Shown: positions 1 through 7,297 of the stretch, piece by piece
Position numbering within the stretch: the first letter of the stretch is position 1
Layout of the letters: each line of letters starts with the position of its first letter
NCBI GenBank assembly: GCA_008932965.1
Contig: WBXG01000033.1
Span: forward strand, 1-18,846
Direction of reading: 5' to 3'
Origin: Verrucomicrobiota bacterium
GTDB taxonomy: Bacteria; Verrucomicrobiota; Verrucomicrobiia; Chthoniobacterales; UBA6821
DNA length: 18,846 nucleotides
The notes under the pieces: model-generated
The model's database searches: none
The model's input: the letters and a program-made list of their open reading frames with translations, nothing else
Told to the model about the DNA's origin: nothing
Position numbers and translations under genes: made by a program

Positions 1-799
1 AAAACCAATCAGCAGGAGAGTCGATGATTTTTTCAGCAAGCTGGCAGCCAAGGTCATAGGTAATTTCCGCAACAGTGCGATCTTTGGTTGGCGTGGGAGG
101 ATTGAACCGAATAGACCAACGAGCAGTTCCAACTGTATGGATTGTAGCATGCATGAGATAAGCTCCGGTCTTTTGTGCAAGTGTTGCTGCAAGCGGGGAA
201 GTGGAGGCTAATTTATGAAAAAAAGGAATCCAAATACCAGAGTCACCAGCATGCTGATCAATCAAGACACCGACTAATCCCCCTTCTCGAAGAAAGGTGG
301 CTGCTGCTGGAAGATCTCGTTTTCGATTAAAGGTAGTGACTCCTTGAGAACGATCCGCATTAATGAGCTCGTCCAATGCTTTATTTCGCAGTTTCTGATA
401 GATGGCTCCGGAGCGACGTTTCTCAAGGAGGTTGGCGATTTGAGCATTCATTTCCCAATTTCCAAAATGACTCAATGCAATGACGACACCGGGAGGCTCT
501 GCAGAATCCATGAGTTCATGAAATAGAGCCTTATTCTCAATCTTGAGAACCTCACTCAATCTTGCTTTGGAGAGGGATGGAATTTTAATCGAAGAAAGCA
601 TATTGGCTCCAAGTCGCATGAAATGATCTCGTGCCAATCGAGCTCGTTGAGACTCAGAAAGAGTCGTTCCAAAAGCAATAGAGAGATTGTTTCGAGCAAG
701 CTTCCGGTAGTAAGGAATCAACAGATAAACAAAAAGCCCCAATATTTCTCCAAGCCGAAAGCACACCAGCAGCGGGAGCATCCTAATAAATTGAACCAT
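1..799 (-). CDS. LpxL/HtrB-family lipid A late acyltransferase (lysophospholipid acyltransferase superfamily), 3'-partial because it runs off the window start
   Basis: Absent from the ORF track because the window edge cuts it. My minus-strand translation from the ATG at 799-797 is open to base 1: MVQFIRMLPLLVCFRLGEILGLFVYLLIPYYRKLARNNLSIAFG...GVVIALSHFGNWEMNAQ...GLVGVLIDQHAGDSGIWIPFF.... It has an N-terminal membrane anchor, the HFGNWE (HX4D/E) catalytic motif and a following LIDQ block, which together are the LpxL/LpxM/LpxP pattern. An alternative start is Met7 (base 781). Confidence 0.75.
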   Translation of the reverse strand, partial: MVQFIRMLPLLVCFRLGEILGLFVYLLIPYYRKLARNNLSIAFGTTLSESQRARLARDHFMRLGANMLSSIKIPSLSKARLSEVLKIENKALFHELMDSAEPPGVVIALSHFGNWEMNAQIANLLEKRRSGAIYQKLRNKALDELINADRSQGVTTFNRKRDLPAAATFLREGGLVGVLIDQHAGDSGIWIPFFHKLASTSPLAATLAQKTGAYLMHATIHTVGTARWSIRFNPPTPTKDRTVAEITYDLGCQLAEKIIDSPADWF

Positions 800-819
800 C
801 CACTTTAATAAAACAAATT

Positions 820-841
820 GAAGGAATAAAAAAATTCCTTC
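820..841 (-). terminator. Perfect 8-bp stem / 6-nt loop hairpin (GAAGGAAT-N6-ATTCCTTC), T-rich 3' flank on the minus strand, about 20 nt upstream of the lpxL-like ATG
   Basis: Read directly. The plus strand is gaaggaat aaaaaa attccttc. On the minus strand the hairpin is followed by AATTTGTTTTATT. It could terminate or attenuate read-through from the upstream livH block. The stem is AT-rich, so function is uncertain. Confidence 0.3.
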
Positions 842-886
842 TCTCTTGAAAATTGATGGATGATGGTGGTTATTCATGTGAGGATT

Positions 887-1113
887 TTAGCCCGAACATT
901 CCATAATAAATCTATTACGGCTTGTGGAAAGCTCATTGTTAGAGCGTTGGTCTCACATGGTGACTTGGGCGTTAGGGACTCCTACAGCTCGGTATCACAA
1001 TCCTTCACCCTCCTATTTCATAATGATCGTAACGAGGAGGCTCTGTTCGCCATTGTTACATCTACTCTCATGGAGGTATACTCGGCACCTATCTTTAAAA
1101 TATTCCAGATAGG
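887..1113 (+). repeat. Degenerate, possibly composite copy of the TIR-bounded miniature repeat family
   Basis: The left terminus TTAGCCCGAACATTCCATAATAAATCTATTACGGCTTGTGGAAAGC aligns with the terminus at 8630 (TTAACCCGGATATTTCGTACTAAATCTATTGCAGCTTGTGGAAGGC). Internal GCGTTAGGGACTC...CGGTATCACAATCC matches GCGTTAGACTCTC...CGGTATGAAACATAC in the 11540 copy. An internal TIR-like CTATTTCATAATGATCGTAACGAGGAGG lies at about 1012-1040. The right end AAAATATTCCAGATAG is only weakly TIR-like, so the right boundary is uncertain. For repeats, strand '+' means the L-arm (..CTACTGCGGCTTGTGG..) is at the low coordinate. Confidence 0.55.
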
Positions 1114-1168
1114 AGCAGAAAAAATATTTGAATTATTTGGTAAAGGGAACGATCTTCACTCGCCCTCT

Positions 1169-1353
1169 TTAGCCCGCATATTTCATACTGGTTCGTTGCG
1201 AGGCGCCGCGAATCCTGATTCAGACAAGGAAGGTGATGGATTGCGACGACGGCTGTATGTTTCATACTGCCCGAGGAGCAATTCGAGGCTGACGCAGTAT
1301 CCATCAGGTGTTCGCAAGCCGCAGCAGAATCAGTATGAAATATCCGGGCTAGC
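1169..1353 (-). repeat. Intact full-length (185 bp) copy of the miniature inverted-repeat element, 40 nt downstream of the livH stop
   Basis: The termini are TTAGCCCGCATATTTCATACTG (1169-1190) and CAGTATGAAATATCCGGGCTAG (1331-1352), which match in 21 of 22 positions as an inverted repeat. The reverse complement aligns along its length with the 11540-11723 copy, for example TGGATACTGCGTCAGCCTC vs TGGATGCTGCGTTAGACTC and GGGCAGTATGAAACATACAGCC vs GGGCGGTATGAAACATACAGCC. Confidence 0.85.
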
Positions 1354-1392
1354 CCTTTTTCAATTGCAAACAACTCGTAGAGAGCAAAAGCT

Positions 1393-2268
1393 TCACACTT
1401 TTTGTATAGGAGGTTCTCCTAAAATTCCATACGGTTTAAAAACTAAAATAATAAGCAGTAGGGAATAAGCAATAAGGTCCCGATAGGTAGAGGGAAGAAT
1501 CGTGACGCTGATCACTTCGGTCGCCCCAAGAATATAGGCTCCTAAGAGCGCGCCACGGATATTTCCAATACCTCCAATCACCGCAGCTACAAAAGCTTTC
1601 CATCCAATAAGGATTCCCATGGAAGATGAAATAACAGGATAGGCTAGAGCATAAAGTAATCCAGCAGCTCCGCCAAGAGCCGCTCCTAAAGCGAACGTAA
1701 GGGAAATAATGCTATCGCCAGGAATCCCGAGAAGAGAAACCATAAGTCGATCGCTGGAAAGCGCTCGAATGGCCATGCCAAAGGATGTAAAGCGAATGAT
1801 GAAATCTAAAAGAAGCATAAGGAGTAACGAAACTCCAATCACTACTATTTGGAGAGAGGAAATAGTGATGCCATGGAAATGAGTGATACTATTCTGAAGG
1901 AGCGTTGGCATATGCCTGGGATAAGGACTAAAAGCTAGTGTTATATTTTCTATAATGAGCCCACAGCCCAAAGCAGTAATAATTGCAGAAACGCGCGGTG
2001 CATTTCGAATTGGGCGATAGGCAAGCCTTTCTAGCAAAGCCCCTAGGAAGCCGATTGCAATCATTGTTAAGGGAAGCACAATCCAAAAAGGAACCGGAAC
2101 GATCGACTCTAACAAAAGGCAAAAAAAAGCACCTAACATGAAGAGATCTCCATGAGCAAAATTAATCATGCTCAAAACTCCATAGACCAAGCTATATCCT
2201 AAGGCGATTAAGGCATAGATAGATCCAAGTTGAAATGCATTGATGACTTGTTGAGCAATATAATCCAT
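1393..2268 (-). CDS. livH: Branched-chain amino acid ABC transporter permease (LivH/HAAT family)
   Basis: 291 aa, polytopic. The N-terminus MDYIAQQVINAFQLGSIYALIALGYSLVYGVLSMINFAHGD is the canonical LivH signature. It starts 7 nt after the upstream binding-protein gene. No livM, livG or livF follows. Confidence 0.85.
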   Translation of the reverse strand: MDYIAQQVINAFQLGSIYALIALGYSLVYGVLSMINFAHGDLFMLGAFFCLLLESIVPVPFWIVLPLTMIAIGFLGALLERLAYRPIRNAPRVSAIITALGCGLIIENITLAFSPYPRHMPTLLQNSITHFHGITISSLQIVVIGVSLLLMLLLDFIIRFTSFGMAIRALSSDRLMVSLLGIPGDSIISLTFALGAALGGAAGLLYALAYPVISSSMGILIGWKAFVAAVIGGIGNIRGALLGAYILGATEVISVTILPSTYRDLIAYSLLLIILVFKPYGILGEPPIQKV

Positions 2269-2275
2269 GACTCAA

Positions 2276-3463
2276 CTACGGTTTCACGGTCTTCACATAG
2301 ATGAATTTTCCATCTTTAATAGTGAGAATGATAATATCTTTTAAAGGATCATGATTCTCTTTAATAAAGGAAAAATCTCCGGTCACACCAGAAAAGAATT
2401 CAATATGAGCCATCGCATTGATGATGGCTTTCCGGTTTAAAGAGTCAGCCTTTGCAATCGCTTCAGTGACAAGTCCCATCGTGTCATAGGTCAATGCAGC
2501 GATATCATCTGGAGGCTGTCCATAGGCGGCCTGATATTGAGCTGCAAATTTTTTTTCTTTAGGGAGTCCTGACTCGAGTGAAAAATGATTTGAAAAATAA
2601 GCATTACTTAAACAATGTCCCGTATCAAGTTTGAGGAGATCAGAAGTGCTCCAAGAGTTATAACCTATCAATTGAGCTGTGATTCCTAATCTTCTAGCTT
2701 GCTGTGCAATAAGTGGAACATCGTTATAATAAGCAGGAATAAAAAAAACATCAGGGTTCTCTGCCTTGATTTTTGTTAATTGGGCACTAAAATCACGATC
2801 TCCGGTTGTATATGTTTCTGTTGCAACCACCTTACCTCCTGCTTGGAGAAATGATTTTTGAAATTCATGAGCTGCACTATTAGGTGATTCACTTGATATA
2901 TCGTAAAGAATGGCAGCTTTGGATAGATGTAAATTATTTAAGGCAAACTGAGCTAGTAGAGGGGTCTCTACTAATTCTGTAAAACAAGCTCGAAAGACAT
3001 TTTTTTTAAAAGAACCATCACTATTTCGGGTGGTTCGAAGATTTGTAGACCAAGGGGAGATCATCAGACATCCCATGCTCTCGGCAATTTCTGAAGAGGG
3101 AACAGCGCATGAGCTTACGTTAGGACCAACCATGGCGACGACTTCATTTTGAGCGATGAGTCGTTGAGAAATAGCAACAGATTCATCGGCTTTCGATCCA
3201 TTATCGCCAATAACAAGTTCGATTGGCATTTTTTTTCCAGCAATATCAATGCCTCCAGATTGGTTGACTTCAGAGACATAGAGCTTAGCTGCATTAACGC
3301 ATGAAGCCCCAACTGCTGGTGCCTCACCAGTGATCTCGGCATTAAGACCAATTTTAACAACTGGCTTTGTCGGTTGACAACTCACAACCAATAAAGAAAA
3401 GAAAAAGACTAAACAGAAGGTATCTTTACTCTGCCTGTTCATTAATTTATTCCAGAAAGTCAT
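2276..3463 (-). CDS. Leu/Ile/Val-binding-protein-family (type 1 periplasmic binding fold) ABC substrate-binding lipoprotein
   Basis: 395 aa. It has a signal peptide with a lipobox (LLVVSC). The body (VKIGLNAEITGEAPAVG...MVGPNVSS...DVFFIPAYYND) matches the LivJ/LivK-like amino acid / amide binding family. It is adjacent to livH. Confidence 0.8.
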   Translation of the reverse strand: MTFWNKLMNRQSKDTFCLVFFFSLLVVSCQPTKPVVKIGLNAEITGEAPAVGASCVNAAKLYVSEVNQSGGIDIAGKKMPIELVIGDNGSKADESVAISQRLIAQNEVVAMVGPNVSSCAVPSSEIAESMGCLMISPWSTNLRTTRNSDGSFKKNVFRACFTELVETPLLAQFALNNLHLSKAAILYDISSESPNSAAHEFQKSFLQAGGKVVATETYTTGDRDFSAQLTKIKAENPDVFFIPAYYNDVPLIAQQARRLGITAQLIGYNSWSTSDLLKLDTGHCLSNAYFSNHFSLESGLPKEKKFAAQYQAAYGQPPDDIAALTYDTMGLVTEAIAKADSLNRKAIINAMAHIEFFSGVTGDFSFIKENHDPLKDIIILTIKDGKFIYVKTVKP

Positions 3464-3487
3464 GATAGTTTTCTTTCAATCAATCTT

Positions 3488-3952
3488 CTATAAACTCATG
3501 AGGTATTGCTTTGAGGAAGATTTTTTTTGTAGTATATGGGACGCTGGAGAAAAGAGTGAATCATTCTCCCTTTCATTGCAATCAAAGGAAACAGGCTCCT
3601 CTTCATCTTTTTCAATCATGGGTGTAGAGTAATAGTGAATGGCTGAAAAATGATCAGAACTAAGGAGGCTTGCAGATGAAGCGTTTTCGTTTGGAGCAGA
3701 GGATGTTGTTTGAAGTATGATGATTCCACAAAAAAGGGCTACTACAGTTGCTGCTACATAGGCAATCCTTGGAATAGGAAGTTCTGAAAAGAAAAAAGAA
3801 ATCTGGTCCTTGATTTTTTCTAAAAACGATTCAGTAGTAGATAGAGCTTTTTGTCGTCGATGAAACTCTAAAATAAATTCTTCCAACATTTCGGCTGAGG
3901 AGCATTCGTGGCTTTTAATTTGAAGTAATTGATGAATTTTTTGTTCGTTCAT
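3488..3952 (-). CDS. Putative single-pass membrane anti-sigma factor, assigned by position downstream of the ECF sigma
   Basis: The track ORF 3488..3970 starts at a TTG. The ATG at 3952 (MNEQKIHQ...) is preceded by GAGGAG 9 nt upstream, so I prefer it. It has one clear TM helix (IAYVAATVVALFCGIIILQ) between a cytoplasmic part of about 60 aa and an extracytoplasmic part of about 70 aa. There is no HxxxCxxC zinc motif. The assignment is contextual only. Confidence 0.5.
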   Translation of the reverse strand: MNEQKIHQLLQIKSHECSSAEMLEEFILEFHRRQKALSTTESFLEKIKDQISFFFSELPIPRIAYVAATVVALFCGIIILQTTSSAPNENASSASLLSSDHFSAIHYYSTPMIEKDEEEPVSFDCNERENDSLFSPASHILQKKSSSKQYLMSL

Positions 3953-3980
3953 ATATAAAAATCTCCTCAATATTAAAATT

Positions 3981-4613
3981 CTATTTCACCATAAATTCTT
4001 GTAAAAAGTTTTGCAACTGTCGGTGAGCATAAAAAAGCCGTGATCTTATAGTTCCTTCGGTCGTTTTAAGAATTTTGGCGATTTCAGCTTGAGGGATTCC
4101 CTGAATATCAAAGAGGGTAACGACAGCTCGATGTTGAGCTGAAAGTTGCAGCATGGCTTTAGTCAGTTTTTTTTGAAGCTCCTGATTGTTCATTAATGCT
4201 ACAGGATCGAGATTGTTTTTATTTTTTGCAGCGTCAATAAACTCAGGATCATTCTCAATAGGATTATTATCATCATTGATACTCGTAAAATAGTGACGTC
4301 GCTGTTTTTTGATAAAGTTTAATGTCATGTTCACAGCAATACGATAAATCCACGTGTAAAAACCTGATTTCCCATGAAAATGATTAATAGATCTATAAGC
4401 TTTTGCAAAGACATCCTGGAGAAGATCATTGGTATCTTCATGATTTGAGGTCATATGGAAGATGAGGCCATAGAGACGAGGGTGGTATTTGCGAATAAGA
4501 TTATCGAAAGCCTTGGAATCACCATTTTGGGTTTGTGAAACTAGAAACTTATCCTCATCAGCTTGACTAGCTTTTGATTGAGTTAAGCTCACAGCTTCCT
4601 CTGCAGCAGCCAT
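3981..4613 (-). CDS. ECF (group 4, RpoE-like) sigma-70 family RNA polymerase sigma factor
   Basis: Region 2 is DLLQDVFAKAYRSINHFHGKSGFYTWIYRIAVNMTLNFIKKQRR. Region 4 is LSAQHRAVVTLFDIQGIPQAEIAKILKTTEGTIRSRLFYAHRQLQ. The track start at 4697 adds 28 hydrophobic residues not expected in an ECF sigma. Met29 (ATG at 4613) gives a typical length of about 210 aa. A TTGATA-N16-TATTTT sigma70-like motif lies upstream of it on the minus strand (plus-strand 4652-4679). The start choice remains uncertain. Confidence 0.85.
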   Translation of the reverse strand: MAAAEEAVSLTQSKASQADEDKFLVSQTQNGDSKAFDNLIRKYHPRLYGLIFHMTSNHEDTNDLLQDVFAKAYRSINHFHGKSGFYTWIYRIAVNMTLNFIKKQRRHYFTSINDDNNPIENDPEFIDAAKNKNNLDPVALMNNQELQKKLTKAMLQLSAQHRAVVTLFDIQGIPQAEIAKILKTTEGTIRSRLFYAHRQLQNFLQEFMVK

Positions 4614-4713
4614 TGAGTTGAGAAAGGTTTTAATGATTTGGGGAAGAAAATAAAATAATGGTAAGCTCTGGCTTATCAAATTAAAAGTGGAAGTCATAGA
4701 TAGAATATTATTT

Positions 4714-4858
4714 CTAGCAGAGAAATTTCCACTAGGGAACTTAAAGTTCTCCTGCTAATTGAAATATCCGAGTTAACCCGCATATTTCCTACTGATCGTG
4801 ACGAGGAGCCCGGAAGCTAGCTGGATATCACGATGATTTCGAAATCTTCCTCGGGTAG
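4714..4858. repeat. Two abutting short copies or remnants of the repeat family sharing a TTAA junction
   Basis: GAAATATCCGAGTTAA (4761-4776) is an element end. It directly abuts TTAACCCGCATATTTCCTACTGATCGTGACGAGGAG (4773-4808), the R-arm terminus of a second copy. This creates the palindrome GAAATATCCGAG-TTAA-CCCGCATATTTC. The distal ends are degenerate: CTAGCAGAGAAATTTCCACTAG at 4714 and GATGATTTCGAAATCTTCCTCGGGTAG ending at 4858. Confidence 0.6.
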
Positions 4859-4889
4859 TGAGTTGGGGCTGATATTTGGAGAATCATAT

Positions 4890-5303
4890 TCACTGTTGTA
4901 AAGTTTTCCCTACTTTTTTCCATATCTGGGCAGCAAATAAGGGTATTTTTGATTGATGAAGACTTATCTTTTTTCCTTGAGAGCTAAGTGAAATCCAATA
5001 GTGCTCATAATCGGTAGAGAGGACTTTCTTCTTTTGAGTGTCGTACTCTTTTTTTAGATCTAGGAGCTGCCATCTCCCTTCTAAGTCTCCTTGAATACAG
5101 CGCCATTTTCGATCCCCAACACTCCAGCCAGCTGAGTACATCTGAGGTGTTGATACGATGATTTTGCCGACAAGTTCATTTTTTTCTTGTTCAACACAAA
5201 TGAGACAGCCTGAAAATTCATCTCCTGCACGTTCCCAAATACCGATGAGTTCACTCCTATCTTTGGGATCATGGAGTCCTAAACATGTTTGAAAAAAGCC
5301 CAT
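4890..5303 (-). CDS. Hypothetical protein (137 aa), tightly coupled to the helicase gene
   Basis: The ORF starts 4 nt after the helicase stop codon. I recognise no motif. It is Trp/Gly/Lys-rich and probably beta-rich (IGIWERAGDEF...GKIIVSTPQMYSAGWSVGDRKWRCIQGDLEGRWQLLDL). I saw no obvious TM segment or signal peptide. Confidence 0.5.
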   Translation of the reverse strand: MGFFQTCLGLHDPKDRSELIGIWERAGDEFSGCLICVEQEKNELVGKIIVSTPQMYSAGWSVGDRKWRCIQGDLEGRWQLLDLKKEYDTQKKKVLSTDYEHYWISLSSQGKKISLHQSKIPLFAAQIWKKVGKTLQQ

Positions 5304-5307
5304 TTTT

Positions 5308-7293
5308 TTAAGTGAAATGTTGATTGTATATATCCCAGCGTTCGTAAAGATGCGTTTTTAATTCTGCTAGAAATCGCGAGGGGCGTTGAAATGCTTCTCC
5401 ATAATTAGCATTGAGTCTGAGCTCTGGATAAGTGAGGTAGAGTTCTTCCTTGCAGCGAGTCACAGCAACATAGAAAAGTCGTCGTTCCTCTTCGAGAGCA
5501 TTTTCTTCAGCGAGGGATCGAGCTGTTGGAAACATTCCTTCCGTAAGCCAGACGAGGAAAACGACGCGCCATTCTAATCCCTTGGCTTGATGGATGCTTG
5601 AGAGGCAGACCTGATCTGTATGATTTTCTGTTGTCTCTTCACTCTCTCCAAGAAGTGTTAACTGTACTAAAAACTCACTTGTATCGGAAAATTGTTTAGA
5701 ATAATTGAGTAGTGTTTCGAGATCATCACGCCGGACATCATAGTTTGAGAATTTTTCCTTCATGATCTCTTCATAAAAAGCATGGAGGATGGTCTCAATC
5801 ATGACAGCAGGAGTCATGATTGTTGCTTGATCCTGCGTTATCTCTACTAGAGTATGGACACATTGTTGCCACTGCTTAGTAGCTTTAGCGGGTGGTTTGC
5901 AGGAGAGGAGTTTTTTAAATTGAGGTACTCCTCCAAGTGCTTCGAGCGTCTGTTTCCAAAGTGACTCTGCTGTTTTTTTTCCTATTCCAGGAAAGAGTTG
6001 AATAAGGCGTTTGAAGGCCACTTCATCATTTGGATTGAGGGCAAATTTCATCATCGCAGCTACATCTTTAATATGAGCCTGCTCAAAAAAACGAAGACCA
6101 CTTGTGATATAAAAAGGGACTCCTCGACGTGTTAACTCCATCTGAATTTCCATGGAGTGGTAATGAGCTCTATAAAGAATAGCCATCTCAGAAAAAGGAA
6201 TTCCTTTTTCGTGTAGCTCCAAAAGACGCTGCCCAATAAATGAGGCTTGTTCATTATTCGTTGCTAATGGAACAAGAGCGGGTTGAGTAATATAAGGAGA
6301 ACGGACTGCTTGAAGTTCTTTAGGAAATTGATTGGGGTTGCATGCAATAGAGGCATTTGCCAATTCCAAAATCTGAGGAACACTTCTATAATTTGTTTCA
6401 ATAGGAAAAAGTTGTGCTAAGGGATAGCGTTTTGGAAATTCTAATATGTTACTCACATTAGCTCCACGCCACGAATAAATCGATTGCGCATCATCACCCA
6501 CGACCATGAGGTGTTTATGCTGCAAAGCAAGAAGGTCAATCAGGCCTGCTTGTAAAAAGTTTGTATCTTGGTACTCGTCTACCAAAATCGCACGGAATTG
6601 TTGCTGGTAGCGGGTTGCAACCTCAGGATGAGTCAGGAAGAGTTCCCCTGTTTTTGTTAATAGATCATCAAAGTCCATAGTGTTTGCTGCTTTTTTGGCA
6701 GCATCATACCCACCCATGGCATCCTCGAGCTGCTCCTCAATATCAAGGAAGTAACGATAACGTCGAAGCAATAAAGCATGTAATGTTTCCCCAGTGTTAC
6801 TGCAGAGGCTTATGATCTCTGCAAGGACATTGGCCTTGGGAAAACGTTTGTCAGCACCTCGAAGAGCTTTACGTGTAATGACAGATTCAAGAAGATCTTC
6901 TTGATCATTACGATCCATGATCGTGAAATTTTTTGGGTAACCAAGCATTTCCGAATGCTGACGTAAAATTCGATGCCCAATGGAGTGAAAGGTTCCACCC
7001 CAGAGATTACTAGCTCTTCCAGGAAGGAGAGCATTAACTCGTTCTAACATTTCACGTGCTGCTTTGTTGGTGAAGGTGAGGAGTAAAATTTGCTCTGCAG
7101 CATATCCTTGTTCTAAAAGCCAACTCACTCGATAGGTTAATGTTCGCGTCTTGCCGCTTCCGGCACCTGCAATGACGAGTGCTGCTCCTGGAGCTGAGGT
7201 GACAGCAGCATGCTGTTGTTTATTAAGAGCAGTGGTATAGTCAATATTGGTTTTACCAAGTGAAACTGGATGCAGCTGATAAGAACGATTCAT
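5308..7293 (-). CDS. UvrD/PcrA/Rep-family ATP-dependent DNA helicase (SF1A)
   Basis: 661 aa. It has Walker A AGAGSGKT, motif II VDEYQDTN, motif III VVGDDAQSIYSWRGA, motif IV/V region NYRS / HQAKGLEW and motif VI YVAVTRCKEELYL. Confidence 0.9.
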   Translation of the reverse strand: MNRSYQLHPVSLGKTNIDYTTALNKQQHAAVTSAPGAALVIAGAGSGKTRTLTYRVSWLLEQGYAAEQILLLTFTNKAAREMLERVNALLPGRASNLWGGTFHSIGHRILRQHSEMLGYPKNFTIMDRNDQEDLLESVITRKALRGADKRFPKANVLAEIISLCSNTGETLHALLLRRYRYFLDIEEQLEDAMGGYDAAKKAANTMDFDDLLTKTGELFLTHPEVATRYQQQFRAILVDEYQDTNFLQAGLIDLLALQHKHLMVVGDDAQSIYSWRGANVSNILEFPKRYPLAQLFPIETNYRSVPQILELANASIACNPNQFPKELQAVRSPYITQPALVPLATNNEQASFIGQRLLELHEKGIPFSEMAILYRAHYHSMEIQMELTRRGVPFYITSGLRFFEQAHIKDVAAMMKFALNPNDEVAFKRLIQLFPGIGKKTAESLWKQTLEALGGVPQFKKLLSCKPPAKATKQWQQCVHTLVEITQDQATIMTPAVMIETILHAFYEEIMKEKFSNYDVRRDDLETLLNYSKQFSDTSEFLVQLTLLGESEETTENHTDQVCLSSIHQAKGLEWRVVFLVWLTEGMFPTARSLAEENALEEERRLFYVAVTRCKEELYLTYPELRLNANYGEAFQRPSRFLAELKTHLYERWDIYNQHFT

Positions 7294-7297
7294 GAGA

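Noticed and set aside
344-808. Plus-strand ORFs 344..526 and 623..808
   Set aside because: They are antisense to the LpxL-family CDS, which is open across 1-799 on the minus strand and carries the HX4D/E motif.
1095-1373. 92-aa minus-strand ORF
   Set aside because: It is the antisense reading of the same 185-bp repeat copy (GLARIFHT...NQYEICGLK). I treat it as a property of the element (see findings), not as a gene.
860-1468. 202-aa plus-strand ORF in the supplied track
   Set aside because: It reads straight through two repeat copies (887-1113 and 1169-1353), and its recognisable peptides (ARTFHNKSITACG, LARIFHTGS, NQYEISGLA) are translations of the repeat. It also overlaps the 3' end of livH on the opposite strand and has no family resemblance. 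It is an artefact of stop-poor repeat sequence.
4614-4697. Longer track starts for several CDSs: the sigma factor at 4697, anti-sigma TTG at 3970, dacA-like at 8390 and the mqn radical SAM TTG at 16683
   Set aside because: The extensions add non-homologous residues: 28 hydrophobic aa on an ECF sigma, and residues ahead of an obvious signal peptide on the PBP. Some use TTG where a nearby ATG fits better, for example the ATG at 3952 with a GAGGAG Shine-Dalgarno. The 8390 ATG is the ATGAAATATCC core of a TIR-like remnant. The start assignments remain provisional.
5386-5577. Short ORFs (60-130 aa) nested antisense or out of frame within long CDSs, for example 1928..2122, 3115..3360, 5081..5272, 5386..5577, 6810..7034, 7941..8192, 8964..9206, 9623..9823, 9702..9902, 10212..10400, 10421..10648, 11306..11518, 11897..12082, 12495..12704, 14600..14842, 15654..15878, 16299..16580, 16728..16958, 16777..16986 and 17329..17721
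   Set aside because: Each lies wholly inside a CDS with strong family-level motifs in another frame or on the other strand, and none shows any motif of its own. These are typical shadow ORFs.
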